A DNA stretch of 64,000 nt from a virus: IMG/VR virus record IMGVR_UViG_3300045988_096244. One strand, given 5' to 3'. The notes under the pieces were generated by a model that made no database searches, was not told the origin of the DNA, and saw only the letters and a program-made list of their open reading frames with translations. Within the stretch, counting starts at the first letter, position 1; every line of letters starts with the position of its first letter. Positions 53,904-62,679 of this stretch are shown here, piece after piece. Made by a program: the position numbers and the translations under genes.

Positions 53904-54131
53904 ATGAAAGACACAATTAAAATCACAGGCTCATCAAGGATTGAAAAGGTTATCTTTGATGACGAGACAAGGGACATTGAGATAACCTTCAAAGGGGAAA
54001 AGGTATACCGGTATAATTCGGTATCTGAATTCGACTTCAGAATGTTCAAAGAGGATATCCAAAACGGAGAATCCGTTGGGAAGTCCTTCGAGAAAAGAAT
54101 CAGGAATAAGTACGCAGGAGTAAGATTATGA
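53904..54131 (+). CDS. KTSC-domain protein
   Basis: SSRIEKVIFDDETRDIEITFKGEKVYRYNSVSEFDFRMFKE..SVGKSFEKRIRNKY fits the KTSC pattern (S..i..v.Yd...L.v.F..G..Y.Y..V.......S.G..f...Ir). Confidence 0.5.
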   Translation: MKDTIKITGSSRIEKVIFDDETRDIEITFKGEKVYRYNSVSEFDFRMFKEDIQNGESVGKSFEKRIRNKYAGVRL

Positions 54132-54547
54132 AAAGGTATTACACCCCAGACGGGGAACCCGATGAAGCTAAGACCACTTGGGTAGCAGTAAAGAAAGGAA
54201 TCATAGGGGTATCAGTATTCTGTGCAATATGCGTATTGTGGGATACTAAGACAGTTCCCCCTACTCCCGATGCTACTCCTCACTGGAAAAACTGGGATGA
54301 GTCAAGACACTTATCCGAGGTAAAGAGCTATGACTACAAAAACGGTATCATTCACTATCGGGATGAATCTACCGGAGAGAGACCCATGGAGTTAAATCTT
54401 CATGGGTCTTCTGGCAGTTATGGTTCTGGTATAACTCTGCAAGTATCAGGTGCATCAGTACACTTGGATATGGATGCAGGAGAATTGATGGACCAGTTAA
54501 CTGAGGATGTAGATTTTTACGAATACTTCGAACGAAATATGGATTGA
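54128..54547 (+). CDS. hypothetical membrane-anchored protein
   Basis: N-terminal TM span GIIGVSVFCAICVLW; ATGA overlap. Confidence 0.5.
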   Translation: MKRYYTPDGEPDEAKTTWVAVKKGIIGVSVFCAICVLWDTKTVPPTPDATPHWKNWDESRHLSEVKSYDYKNGIIHYRDESTGERPMELNLHGSSGSYGSGITLQVSGASVHLDMDAGELMDQLTEDVDFYEYFERNMD

Positions 54548-54548
54548 T

Positions 54549-54869
54549 ATGGCAGGTCGGATTAAATTCAAAGTAAACAAGTACGTTCACGGTTCAAGAA
54601 GCAAGGATGTATTTGAATTCAAGCCTAAAGCTCAGATTATATTCGAGGGTAAGAGGATTGGTCATATAATTGACACAGAGGTATACTTCCACATAAGTGT
54701 AAAAGACCCTATCCTAAACTACATACCTGAATTGTGGGGAAAATTCTCTACTCATCAGGAAGCAAAGGAAGCAGTAATAACTCAGGCAGAATATATCTGG
54801 AAAACACTAAACATTTATCACCCACTTAAAACATTAGCACCAAACTACGGATTATGGGAAAAGAAGTAA
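54549..54869 (+). CDS. hypothetical protein
   Basis: 106-aa ORF. Confidence 0.5.
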   Translation: MAGRIKFKVNKYVHGSRSKDVFEFKPKAQIIFEGKRIGHIIDTEVYFHISVKDPILNYIPELWGKFSTHQEAKEAVITQAEYIWKTLNIYHPLKTLAPNYGLWEKK

Positions 54870-55180
54870 AGAAACCGACAAACAGCTGGGTATGGAAAAA
54901 GATATTCGGTGTAACCCTATTGGGATGGATGAATATCCTGATATTCCAATGGCTATTCATCCGGATATCTTATAATTGGGTATATGTAGACCCTGACAAA
55001 GATGAAGATGCTAGAACAGATGATTTCTGGGATGATGAGAAACAGCAGTTTGTTGCAAAAACTTTCTACTACTATGCCATTATCGGGTGTATTATACCTC
55101 TAACGGGGTGGTGGGGAGACTATGTAATGCCGTTCAAATTCAAAGGTCGGTTAACTAAGGTAAAAGAATACTACGAATGA
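54854..55180 (+). CDS. hypothetical membrane protein
   Basis: Hydrophobic spans IFGVTLLGWMNILIFQWLFI and YYYAIIGCIIPLTGWW. Confidence 0.5.
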   Translation: MGKEVKKPTNSWVWKKIFGVTLLGWMNILIFQWLFIRISYNWVYVDPDKDEDARTDDFWDDEKQQFVAKTFYYYAIIGCIIPLTGWWGDYVMPFKFKGRLTKVKEYYE

Positions 55181-55410
55181 GTACAGTAGACTTCAAAGCT
55201 GCTTGTGCAGCTCATAGGAAATGTTGCCCATATAAGGCAACTCCATCTACAAAATGTAAAGTGGAGGACAAGGATAAGGAGAATTTATATGAGAGGTATA
55301 AAGGTAAATGTGGGGCTAATGTAGAAACTCCAGATGGTTTATGCCCGGTAAAAGATTGCTACTATATGGCTAAGTTCAAAAGAACACTCAAGAAGTTATC
55401 CGAGAAGTAA
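55177..55410 (+). CDS. small Cys-rich protein
   Basis: 77 aa with 7 Cys (CAAHRKCCPY, KCKVED, KCG, CPVKDC). Confidence 0.5.
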   Translation: MSTVDFKAACAAHRKCCPYKATPSTKCKVEDKDKENLYERYKGKCGANVETPDGLCPVKDCYYMAKFKRTLKKLSEK

Positions 55411-55589
55411 TGACACCAGTAGCTGTGGCTAAAACTTATAATGAGCTTATGGGACCTGAATCTCAGGTTAAATCCGTAGAGATACAAGATGATGGTCATA
55501 GGCAAACCCTCTATGTAAAGATGACACCCATACGTAGGGATAACTCACTCTCATCAATTAACATTGCCTTGAACGTACCAGAAAAGTAG
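55410..55589 (+). CDS. small hypothetical protein (59 aa)
   Basis: MTPVAVAKTYNELMGPESQ..; its ATG shares one base with the previous TAA; below the track cutoff. Confidence 0.4.
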   Translation: MTPVAVAKTYNELMGPESQVKSVEIQDDGHRQTLYVKMTPIRRDNSLSSINIALNVPEK

Positions 55590-55596
55590 TTGCAAA

Positions 55597-55640
55597 ATTA
55601 TTTGCGGGGATAAATATTTATATCTATATTTGCATAAACA
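55597..55640 (+). promoter_or_regulatory. Bacteroidota-type promoter (TTTG-N20-TATATTTGCATAA)
   Basis: TTTG 55601-55604; tatatttg 55625-55632. Confidence 0.55.
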
Positions 55641-55708
55641 ATAAAAGGGAAAGCCACAAGAGGTTAACACACAGAAGCCAAGAACACAACCTCAAAGAAA
55701 TTGATAAA

Positions 55709-55754
55709 AATATTTGCATATATATAGAAAAGTTCCCTTATATTTGCATTAGGA
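55709..55754 (+). promoter_or_regulatory. second tandem promoter (TTTG-N22-TATATTTGCAT)
   Basis: TTTG 55713-55716; tatatttg 55739-55746; 64 nt before ATG 55810. Confidence 0.5.
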
Positions 55755-55809
55755 AAAAGAAATAATAAAACACTTTTAATTTATTGTAAAACCTTTAATA
55801 TTGTTAGCC

Positions 55810-56265
55810 ATGAAAAAGAACAAGAAAAATCAGGCTCAGAAAACCAAAAAGACCAACCTGGTAGAGGGAATCAACAACCTCATCGAAGAGAAGACCCAGA
55901 AGGTCGAGAAATCCAAAAAGGATCTGAAGGCCGAGGCTAAAAAGGAGGAAACTCCTGAAGCGGCCAAAGAAAAGAAGGTCAAGAAGACTCAGAAAGAGAA
56001 ACTGGTCGATAAGACCAAGAAAAAGGCCGAAGCCAACCTCGTCGAAGAGGTGGTAACGAAACGGGAAGTCAAGTACATCTATCCGGCAGACTGCGAGGAC
56101 ACTCTTTCCCGGAAAAAGTTCCGGCAGACGGTCCGAAACAGGATTCATCAGCTGGAGCTGGCAATGCTCCGAATCGAGAACCAGGACTCCAAGGAGTTCA
56201 AGAAAGCAAAGAAGGAGTACCTCGAGTACAAGAACCAATTCGTCAAGGAATCCGTTGCAATCTAA
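55810..56265 (+). CDS. Lys/Glu-rich protein
   Basis: MKKNKKNQAQKTKKTN..KKEETPEAAKEKKVKKTQKEK..; C-part YIYPADCEDTLSRKKFRQTVRNR resembles YDYPTVDGKEMTSDQKKKYRQKMR in 52660..53295; start set at ATG 55810. Confidence 0.65.
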   Translation: MKKNKKNQAQKTKKTNLVEGINNLIEEKTQKVEKSKKDLKAEAKKEETPEAAKEKKVKKTQKEKLVDKTKKKAEANLVEEVVTKREVKYIYPADCEDTLSRKKFRQTVRNRIHQLELAMLRIENQDSKEFKKAKKEYLEYKNQFVKESVAI

Positions 56266-56347
56266 TCTTTCATAGTAGGAGAGGGGTACCGGGATAAGTA
56301 AGGTCCGGGCCCCTTAGTATAATAACACTTTAACGATATGAAAGATT

Positions 56348-56650
56348 ATGGTTGTCGGCTTACCTGAGAAAGCAATTCAGAAAGTAGACAAGGAATTGCT
56401 AGAATTACACAAAGAAGTTCTTAAGTCATATCTCACACAACGGAGTCTAAAGCACAAGTACCAAAAGAAATTCTTTAAGATATACGACCACTACATTACA
56501 GAGAAGAACATAAGAAGGTTTTTCTTCCGTTCTGCTAAGCTGTTTGTATATGCTTTAGTAACGGACCGATTGGATGAGATTGAAGACTATGTACCCGTAA
56601 AAGATAAGAAAAAACATGTTTCCCGAAAGAGTAAAAAGCGTAACGCTTGA
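56348..56650 (+). CDS. hypothetical protein
   Basis: 100-aa ORF. Confidence 0.5.
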   Translation: MVVGLPEKAIQKVDKELLELHKEVLKSYLTQRSLKHKYQKKFFKIYDHYITEKNIRRFFFRSAKLFVYALVTDRLDEIEDYVPVKDKKKHVSRKSKKRNA

Positions 56651-57032
56651 TAAGTCCAGGATTACCTATTACCTTCAAACTCAGGGAAGGGTGCAAACCC
56701 ACGCTGAATATCCCATAAACCCTGAATTATACCAGGTAGAGGATTTAGCCTTTGATTGCAGTGTAAGGTCTAATCAGTATCTTCCGGATTATGCAATCAA
56801 AGGGTATTTCACGGTAGATGAGAATTTACAGCACCCGGTATTCATTGAGAATACAAACGGGCCTCACCTATTATATATCACAGGGATTCCCAGTAATCTT
56901 CCTGAGGTAGAGAGGAATAGGTTTAGGTTCCAGGAACATATTTGGTTATCATACTGGGAAGATAAGCATATAGGCTACCTTTTCCAGGTGGTAACTAGAG
57001 AACAAGCATTAACTCACTTAATAAACCGATAA
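56616..57032 (+). CDS. hypothetical protein
   Basis: 138-aa ORF overlapping the previous one by 35 nt. Confidence 0.5.
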   Translation: MFPERVKSVTLDKSRITYYLQTQGRVQTHAEYPINPELYQVEDLAFDCSVRSNQYLPDYAIKGYFTVDENLQHPVFIENTNGPHLLYITGIPSNLPEVERNRFRFQEHIWLSYWEDKHIGYLFQVVTREQALTHLINR

Positions 57033-57052
57033 CTTACAAAATACAAAGCACT

Positions 57053-57562
57053 ATGAAAACTCAGGAGTATGTAAAGCAATTCAAATTGGACCGGGAACAT
57101 TACAACTTCAACCGGGAAAAATTTATGGAGGCCTTCGGTCAGGAATTTAAGGACCGAATTGAGGCAACCATTACGGCCTGTAAAAAAATGCAAGTGCAAT
57201 TCACCTATGAAAAATTCCTCCATGCCATAAAGGAGCAGCAGGATAAATTCTGGAATATTTCCAACAAGAAAATCGGGGAACCTTTTTCGGAAGGTTTATT
57301 CTCGGCATTTTTTGCCTTGTATGTTATCCCTCTCCGGGCAAGTCTTTTCCCTAACATTCATGCCGAATTAGAGGAGAAGAGGAGAAAGGCAATTGAAAAG
57401 GATGCCAAGATTAAGGCAGAACTGGAGGCCGCTGAAAAAGAACGGCAGGAAAGGAAAAAGAAAATGGAGCCGGTTGTAAATGCTCTGATGACCTACGTAG
57501 CAGCCAAAAACCTGGCAAAGCAACCCAAGCAGGTGGGTAATAAACTCAAAGGAAAGAAGTAA
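57053..57562 (+). CDS. hypothetical protein
   Basis: 169-aa ORF. Confidence 0.5.
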   Translation: MKTQEYVKQFKLDREHYNFNREKFMEAFGQEFKDRIEATITACKKMQVQFTYEKFLHAIKEQQDKFWNISNKKIGEPFSEGLFSAFFALYVIPLRASLFPNIHAELEEKRRKAIEKDAKIKAELEAAEKERQERKKKMEPVVNALMTYVAAKNLAKQPKQVGNKLKGKK

Positions 57563-57600
57563 ATCCTAATAATACAAGACTCTAAAGTTACTAAGATTTT

Positions 57601-57861
57601 ATGAAGACCATTTTAGAGATAGCAAAATTGGTAGAGGATAAAATGGTGACCTTGTATCAGGAAGCCGGAGAAAATGAGGTAAACATGAGCTATTGCTTCA
57701 GACAAAGTTCTCTAACCATAGAAATGCTTTATCCTAAACACGTGCACAAGCTGCTATCTGAACTTTTAGCTATGAGTAACCAGCTTAAATGCGAGAGTCA
57801 TATAGCAGATTACAAGCTCTCAATAAGCTCATCAATATTGAAGGTAAGCCTATTTCAGTGA
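57601..57861 (+). CDS. hypothetical protein
   Basis: 86-aa ORF. Confidence 0.5.
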   Translation: MKTILEIAKLVEDKMVTLYQEAGENEVNMSYCFRQSSLTIEMLYPKHVHKLLSELLAMSNQLKCESHIADYKLSISSSILKVSLFQ

Positions 57862-57892
57862 TCCAGCAACCTGACTATCAAAGAGTTAATTC

Positions 57893-57927
57893 AAAAAGGC
57901 CCTTACCCAATCGGGGCCTTTTTATTT
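57893..57927 (+). terminator. rho-independent terminator
   Basis: aaaaaggccc 57893-57902 / gggccttttt 57914-57923, T-rich tail. Confidence 0.7.
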
Positions 57928-57969
57928 ACTTATCTTGGGATTAACTATTAGATACCAAAACTTAACATT

Positions 57970-58812
57970 ATGAAAGAACAAAAGATAGTTCCAAGGTTTC
58001 CAAGAGGAATGGGAGTAACCCAATTAGCTCTACAGGCTAATGCTGGAGATGATGAAGCTCTCAAGAATCTGACCAAGTTCATTATCCATACCTGGATTGT
58101 CAACAACGGGAAATTATGGGCAAAGGTTTATTCCGTAAATGAACTCGCGGATTTCTTGAAATGTGAACCAGCAATTATTCAGATGCAAATGAAACAAACG
58201 TTTCTAGACAACGGTTTATTTGACCGTAGCAAGATGAATGAGATTGCTGATTCTCTTATGGGAGCTTGCATATCATGGGCACTTGAAGACCGTATGGAAG
58301 TAAGCCAGCAGGTTCAAATACTCAGGGATTCTCAGGGCGGAAGATATGCTCCATTCATCACCTCAGAAGTCAATAAGGCCCTTGGATTGAAACAGCAATC
58401 TACAACTTCTCTTCAGAGTTTAGTAAGGGCAGTAACTGGAGGGGGTACCGTGAATATCTTTGCTCAACAGAACAATCAATTCAATAATGGTGCCCAAGAA
58501 GAGCAGACTTTAACTAGAGATGAAGCCATGGAAATGATTCAAAGGGAGTTGGCTGACAAGGGTGGTATAAAGGAAATTGAATATGTAGAGAACCAATATG
58601 ACTTCAAAGAACTACCTGTTGTAGTTGCAACCAAACAAGATGGCAACAGGGGTGAGAAAGAAGGATTAACCCTTAAAAACGGAGAACTCGATAGCGTAAC
58701 AGGGGACTACCATGGTGCCTTAAAAGTTTTTGACGAAGACCATCACCAAATCCGACGAGAGATAGAAGAAGGAATAGCTTACGAAGAAGTAGACCCAGAA
58801 ATCCAAGATTAG
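57970..58812 (+). CDS. hypothetical protein (280 aa)
   Basis: Long ORF; possible N-terminal HTH (VNELADFLKCEPAIIQ); no confident family call. Confidence 0.5.
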   Translation: MKEQKIVPRFPRGMGVTQLALQANAGDDEALKNLTKFIIHTWIVNNGKLWAKVYSVNELADFLKCEPAIIQMQMKQTFLDNGLFDRSKMNEIADSLMGACISWALEDRMEVSQQVQILRDSQGGRYAPFITSEVNKALGLKQQSTTSLQSLVRAVTGGGTVNIFAQQNNQFNNGAQEEQTLTRDEAMEMIQRELADKGGIKEIEYVENQYDFKELPVVVATKQDGNRGEKEGLTLKNGELDSVTGDYHGALKVFDEDHHQIRREIEEGIAYEEVDPEIQD

Positions 58813-58821
58813 CCATTGATT

Positions 58822-58866
58822 TTTATTTGCATATTTGAATTATAATTATTAAATTTGTATAAACAA
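58822..58866 (+). promoter_or_regulatory. Bacteroidota-type promoter (TTATTTGCATA-N-TAAATTTGTATAA)
   Basis: TTTG 58826-58829; taaatttg 58850-58857; 24 nt before ATG 58881. Confidence 0.55.
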
Positions 58867-58880
58867 AAAATCAAAAGGCT

Positions 58881-59126
58881 ATGTATTTAATAATTAGACC
58901 CAGTAGCAATGACACTATAGCTATTGCTCTTGGTGGTAAATTAAAGGGAATAAAGGTTAAGAATTCCTGGGTAACTCTATATCTATCCCAAGATGATCTT
59001 TGTAAGATAAAATATACCCTTGAAAATTATGATTATCATGGTAAGTACTTAATATCATTCCTGGATAAATCTTTAAGTATTAAAAGTAAAAGTGAACAAG
59101 GAGAAGAGATTCAATTCAATCTATAA
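58881..59126 (+). CDS. hypothetical protein
   Basis: 81-aa ORF behind a promoter. Confidence 0.5.
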   Translation: MYLIIRPSSNDTIAIALGGKLKGIKVKNSWVTLYLSQDDLCKIKYTLENYDYHGKYLISFLDKSLSIKSKSEQGEEIQFNL

Positions 59127-59138
59127 CAAACACCTACT

Positions 59139-59651
59139 ATGAAAGAAGTATTAAACGCAACTCAAGTAGTAAACCGAGTAAATCAACTTATCAATGAAGA
59201 TAAGAAGTTAAAGGTATTCGGTTTACCTTATCCACCTTATCAGGAAGACTTGGTCTTTACCGATGAGAGAATCCATCGGCAGGGTTGGCTATGCACCAAC
59301 TCGAAGGTAACTTTATCAGCATCTGCCTGTGCTACCAAGATAAAGATACACACAATCACGGGTTGGTGCAACCTTTTCCAATATGTTGAAAACGGCAAAT
59401 ACATCGATACCCTCAGTGAAGACGGGAACTACGTCGGTATGTCGATTATGGATGATATCTGCCCGGGAATGCTTTTGGGAGAGTCTCAGGAAGACAAATT
59501 GATAAATCTGGGTATGATTATAGATGTAATGGATGATGAAGATGAAGCTATTCGTACGGTAACAGTAGTTGGCACGGATTTCTTGGAAAGAAACTATCAT
59601 TCATTAGCCAAAGAACCTTCAAGTTACTTTGTATTCGACAAAATCATGTAA
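59139..59651 (+). CDS. hypothetical protein
   Basis: 170-aa ORF. Confidence 0.5.
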   Translation: MKEVLNATQVVNRVNQLINEDKKLKVFGLPYPPYQEDLVFTDERIHRQGWLCTNSKVTLSASACATKIKIHTITGWCNLFQYVENGKYIDTLSEDGNYVGMSIMDDICPGMLLGESQEDKLINLGMIIDVMDDEDEAIRTVTVVGTDFLERNYHSLAKEPSSYFVFDKIM

Positions 59652-59662
59652 CACTTTTATAT

Positions 59663-59992
59663 ATGCACACTAATCATCGCATAGCTCTTTTAATCAGGGC
59701 AAGCAGACTTTACTGCCACAGCATGTACCAGGAGTATGACCCAAAATATTATCCCACAATCAAAGAAGTAGTTCTCAACTTTACTAACAAACTCTTCGGT
59801 ACAAAGAGTATTGAGAACAAGATAGATATCAAGGTATTGCCTCTGTTTGAGGATAATTACATAGGGGTAAATATAGCTATGGAGTTCCCTGATGAATCCG
59901 GTCTGGAGTTCGAGCTTACAAGCAACCACTTATTCCGGAAAAAGATTACTACTACAAGCCGAGACCTATACCAGCTAAGGCCTAATAAATAA
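59663..59992 (+). CDS. hypothetical protein
   Basis: 109-aa ORF. Confidence 0.5.
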   Translation: MHTNHRIALLIRASRLYCHSMYQEYDPKYYPTIKEVVLNFTNKLFGTKSIENKIDIKVLPLFEDNYIGVNIAMEFPDESGLEFELTSNHLFRKKITTTSRDLYQLRPNK

Positions 59993-60001
59993 AGGACCAT
60001 T

Positions 60002-60030
60002 AAGACCTCTTATCTAGAGGTCTTTTTTGT
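60002..60030 (+). terminator. rho-independent terminator
   Basis: aagacctct 60002-60010 / agaggtctt 60016-60024, 5-nt loop, T6 run. Confidence 0.8.
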
Positions 60031-60103
60031 GTTACTAAACTAAACTTACCTTTATAAGGATTAAAATCTCTAGAACCTATTCCTACTGCCTGATGCCGAG
60101 AAG

Positions 60104-60148
60104 TTTTATTTGCATATTAAAAATATTATTGCTATATTTGTATAAAGA
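60104..60148 (+). promoter_or_regulatory. Bacteroidota-type promoter (TTATTTGCATA-N-TATATTTGTATAA)
   Basis: TTTG 60108-60111; tatatttg 60132-60139. Confidence 0.6.
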
Positions 60149-60174
60149 TAAAAATAAACCTTAAATATAATACC

Positions 60175-60379
60175 ATGGAAAAGAAAAAGATTAAGGACTT
60201 AGCAAAAGGGGAATACTTTATTCTGAATCCCCTCGAAGAATCCCAATGCCTCTCAAGTCTGGGTAAGAGGAGAATACATCAGGGAAGCTAAGAAATACAG
60301 TACCTACAAATGAGAGGACACTAATCATGAAACTCTCAGGAAAGGAGACAAGGAAGTTTACATAGGTTTTACCTTTTAA
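60175..60379 (+). pseudogene. small conserved-looking gene disrupted by a +1 frameshift and an in-frame TGA
   Basis: Frame 1 reads MEKKKIKDLAKGEYFILNPLEESQCLSSLGKRRIHQGS*. The next frame continues ..VWVRGEYIREAKKYSTYK-TGA-EDTNHETLRKGDKEVYIGFTF* ending at 60379. Confidence 0.45.
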
Positions 60380-60390
60380 CACTTACAACT

Positions 60391-60621
60391 ATGGCACAGC
60401 AGAAAAGGTACAAATTGCTCATTTGGTTCTATCTCCACAATCACCTTCACAAAAGTATTCATGCTGCACATAGCATGGAGGTAGAACTAACCCGGAAAAC
60501 TGAAGTTAGTGAATGGGTAGATGAGAATGATGAGAGTATTGCAAAAGCATACCTCATTGACCGGGTTAAAGATACCCGAGAAACGGTAATAGAAAGAAAT
60601 ATTGAACGAACAATATACTAA
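60391..60621 (+). CDS. hypothetical protein
   Basis: 76-aa ORF. Confidence 0.5.
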   Translation: MAQQKRYKLLIWFYLHNHLHKSIHAAHSMEVELTRKTEVSEWVDENDESIAKAYLIDRVKDTRETVIERNIERTIY

Positions 60622-60632
60622 AACTAAAGATT

Positions 60633-60851
60633 ATGAGTTACACAGTAGAAGACCTGATTGGAGCTCTAGAAGAAATGGACCCTCAGGCACCAGTAATGGT
60701 AGCAGTACAACCCATATGGCCATTTGAACACAGTATCACTGGTGTTATCAATGCTCAGAATGGGACGGTATACCTTGCATCAAAACAGGAAGGTTATTTA
60801 CCCCCAGAAGCTAAAGAAGCTTTCGAAGAAAACGGTATCCCTTTTTTCTAA
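60633..60851 (+). CDS. hypothetical protein
   Basis: 72-aa ORF. Confidence 0.5.
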   Translation: MSYTVEDLIGALEEMDPQAPVMVAVQPIWPFEHSITGVINAQNGTVYLASKQEGYLPPEAKEAFEENGIPFF

Positions 60852-60869
60852 CCTCATCTGACCTCTGAT

Positions 60870-60914
60870 TTATATTTGCAAATATAGATTAAATTCATTA
60901 TATTTGTAATATAG
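60870..60914 (+). promoter_or_regulatory. Bacteroidota-type promoter (TATATTTGCAAA-N-TATATTTGTAATA)
   Basis: TTTG 60875-60878; tatatttg 60899-60906; 31 nt before ATG 60937. Confidence 0.6.
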
Positions 60915-60936
60915 AAAAGAAATAAAATCGAATATT

Positions 60937-61293
60937 ATGAAAGATTACAAAAAGGTATTGCTGGATGGGTTAAGGAAGTCGAGCAATGTTCAAGAAGAAG
61001 AGAGGGATTGCATTAAAGAAGCAATTAAAGAAACCTACCTTGGTATGGTAAAAGAGTTGGATGCCCGATTAGGGTTAGAACTCTTTGATTATCGGGTAGA
61101 AGTAAGATACTACTCTGATGGAATCCCGGAAAGGTTCAAACATACTCTCTGGGTTAAATTCTCGGATGAGACCATGCCCAAGATGTCTTTCAGAGGGGCA
61201 ATGCAACAGGTGGTATCTATCCTCTCAACTGGAGAGGATGAAGTAAAGATTATCAGTCATAACACTGGACTCAAAATCGAGATAGTAGCATGA
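60937..61293 (+). CDS. hypothetical protein
   Basis: 118-aa ORF. Confidence 0.5.
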   Translation: MKDYKKVLLDGLRKSSNVQEEERDCIKEAIKETYLGMVKELDARLGLELFDYRVEVRYYSDGIPERFKHTLWVKFSDETMPKMSFRGAMQQVVSILSTGEDEVKIISHNTGLKIEIVA

Positions 61294-61478
61294 GTGCATT
61301 CAATAAGATACAAAGAGAATACAACTGGGTATGCAAGCATATCAAAGGTCCTTTGTATAGAATAAAGATGCAAGAGCTATACAATGAGGCTAATAAAGCT
61401 ATCCTCGACCCAAAGTTAACTCCAGAACAGAAATTAAAACTAATCGGTATCAGAGATACATTAAAGACAAAACTATGA
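61290..61478 (+). CDS. hypothetical protein
   Basis: 62-aa ORF, ATGA overlap. Confidence 0.45.
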   Translation: MSAFNKIQREYNWVCKHIKGPLYRIKMQELYNEANKAILDPKLTPEQKLKLIGIRDTLKTKL

Positions 61479-61765
61479 AAAAGAAAGAAGAACAAGGGTG
61501 CTTAAGGCCCCTACTGATAGCTATCGTATTAGTATTGGTAGCGACGATTTGGTACCAGATATCCTACCAAAGTGAGGAAAAGAAAGAGCCCGAGACAAGG
61601 CAATTAGTAAATCCCGACGGGAGCCTAAAATTTGAAGCAGTTCAAAGATTGGCTCCCGATTATATTGATAGCCTCAAAAGAGCCGGTGAAATTGAGAGAT
61701 GGTTAAAAGAACACCCTCAGCAAAACCTTAATATTCATATAACCATCGAAGACGAACGCTGGTAA
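61475..61765 (+). CDS. hypothetical membrane-anchored protein
   Basis: N-terminal TM span LLIAIVLVLVATIWYQI; ATGA overlap. Confidence 0.5.
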   Translation: MKKKEEQGCLRPLLIAIVLVLVATIWYQISYQSEEKKEPETRQLVNPDGSLKFEAVQRLAPDYIDSLKRAGEIERWLKEHPQQNLNIHITIEDERW

Positions 61766-61771
61766 AGGCCG

Positions 61772-61790
61772 TTAATATTTGTATAAAGAG
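61772..61790 (+). promoter_or_regulatory. possible weak promoter (-7-like AATATTTGTATAA only)
   Basis: aatatttg 61774-61781; no TTTG box about 20 nt upstream. Confidence 0.3.
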
Positions 61791-61821
61791 AAATAAATAT
61801 AAACCATAAATTTAATAAGCC

Positions 61822-62043
61822 ATGATTAAACAAACTCATAAACCTATTCAATTAACCAAATCAATGTTAATTAATATACTTAGAGATATGGAGGCTAAAC
61901 ACTTAAAAAGTGCTACCATATACGACTATGATTCAGAGGAACATGTAATCCTATCAATAGAGGAGATTAAATACTTAATCGACTTACCTCAACAGAATTA
62001 CCGTATACTCCCCGCAGAGTACAACCCTAATAAACTCAGCTAA
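61822..62043 (+). CDS. hypothetical protein
   Basis: 73-aa ORF. Confidence 0.5.
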   Translation: MIKQTHKPIQLTKSMLINILRDMEAKHLKSATIYDYDSEEHVILSIEEIKYLIDLPQQNYRILPAEYNPNKLS

Positions 62044-62045
62044 TC

Positions 62046-62204
62046 ATGAAAACACAATCAGATCTTCATTTATACCTCTTGAAGAAAGTTCACGGATGGT
62101 GCAAAAGACAAGGCATGACAGACCCCCGAAATGTATTTCCTTCAATAGGAGGATGCACCTCATTTTGCAACGGAGAACGCTTCCAACAAAAGAACAGAAA
62201 ATGA
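62046..62204 (+). CDS. small hypothetical protein (52 aa)
   Basis: MKTQSDLHLYLLKKVHGWCKRQG..; starts 2 nt after the previous stop and ends in an ATGA overlap with the next start. Confidence 0.4.
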   Translation: MKTQSDLHLYLLKKVHGWCKRQGMTDPRNVFPSIGGCTSFCNGERFQQKNRK

Positions 62205-62533
62205 AACAAGAAGAATCTAGAGAGTTAAGGAATCTCTCCATGAATCAACTCAATGCAAAGTTATCTGAACTCTATAAGGAACTTCCGAGAAGGAATCCTA
62301 AGTACTCTTTCGAAAGACCTTACAGGAATCATCTCCTAAGGCAAATCAACCAAATCAAATACGAACAAACCCTTAAAGGAAAGGGGTTAAGGTCACAAGG
62401 AGTCTGGATAGAATCAGGATACACTCACCAAGGAACCAAGTCAGGAAGATTCTCTTCAGGATATCACTCCTCAGAATTATCCCTATCCAACCCCCCAAAA
62501 GAAGTTCTACCCCCAACACAAATAAAACCATGA
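62201..62533 (+). CDS. hypothetical protein (110 aa)
   Basis: Start set at ATG 62201 (MKQEESRELRNLSMNQL..) rather than track start 62096, which overlaps the small upstream ORF. Confidence 0.45.
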   Translation: MKQEESRELRNLSMNQLNAKLSELYKELPRRNPKYSFERPYRNHLLRQINQIKYEQTLKGKGLRSQGVWIESGYTHQGTKSGRFSSGYHSSELSLSNPPKEVLPPTQIKP

Positions 62534-62679
62534 AAAGAAAACCTAAAACCATATCCAAGGAAAAGGCCATAGTCATAGCCTCCAACCATAACAACCTCCC
62601 AATCCAAATCGCAAAGGGATATACAGAATCCGAACTAAGGGAAGTATTAAGGCATCTGAACCTAAAGCCAGGCTTCTAA
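62530..62679 (+). CDS. small hypothetical protein (49 aa)
   Basis: MKRKPKTISKEKAIVIASNHNNLPIQIAKGYTESELREVLRHLNLKPGF; ATGA overlap. Confidence 0.4.
   Translation: MKRKPKTISKEKAIVIASNHNNLPIQIAKGYTESELREVLRHLNLKPGF

Noticed and set aside
52651-56238. Minus-strand and alternative-frame ORFs inside the Lys/Glu-rich genes (52651..52911, 52731..52937, 52953..53258, 52958..53197, 53072..53278, 55804..56238)
   Set aside because: Low-complexity AAG/GAA coding keeps several frames open. All overlap better-supported + strand genes that have promoters and terminators.
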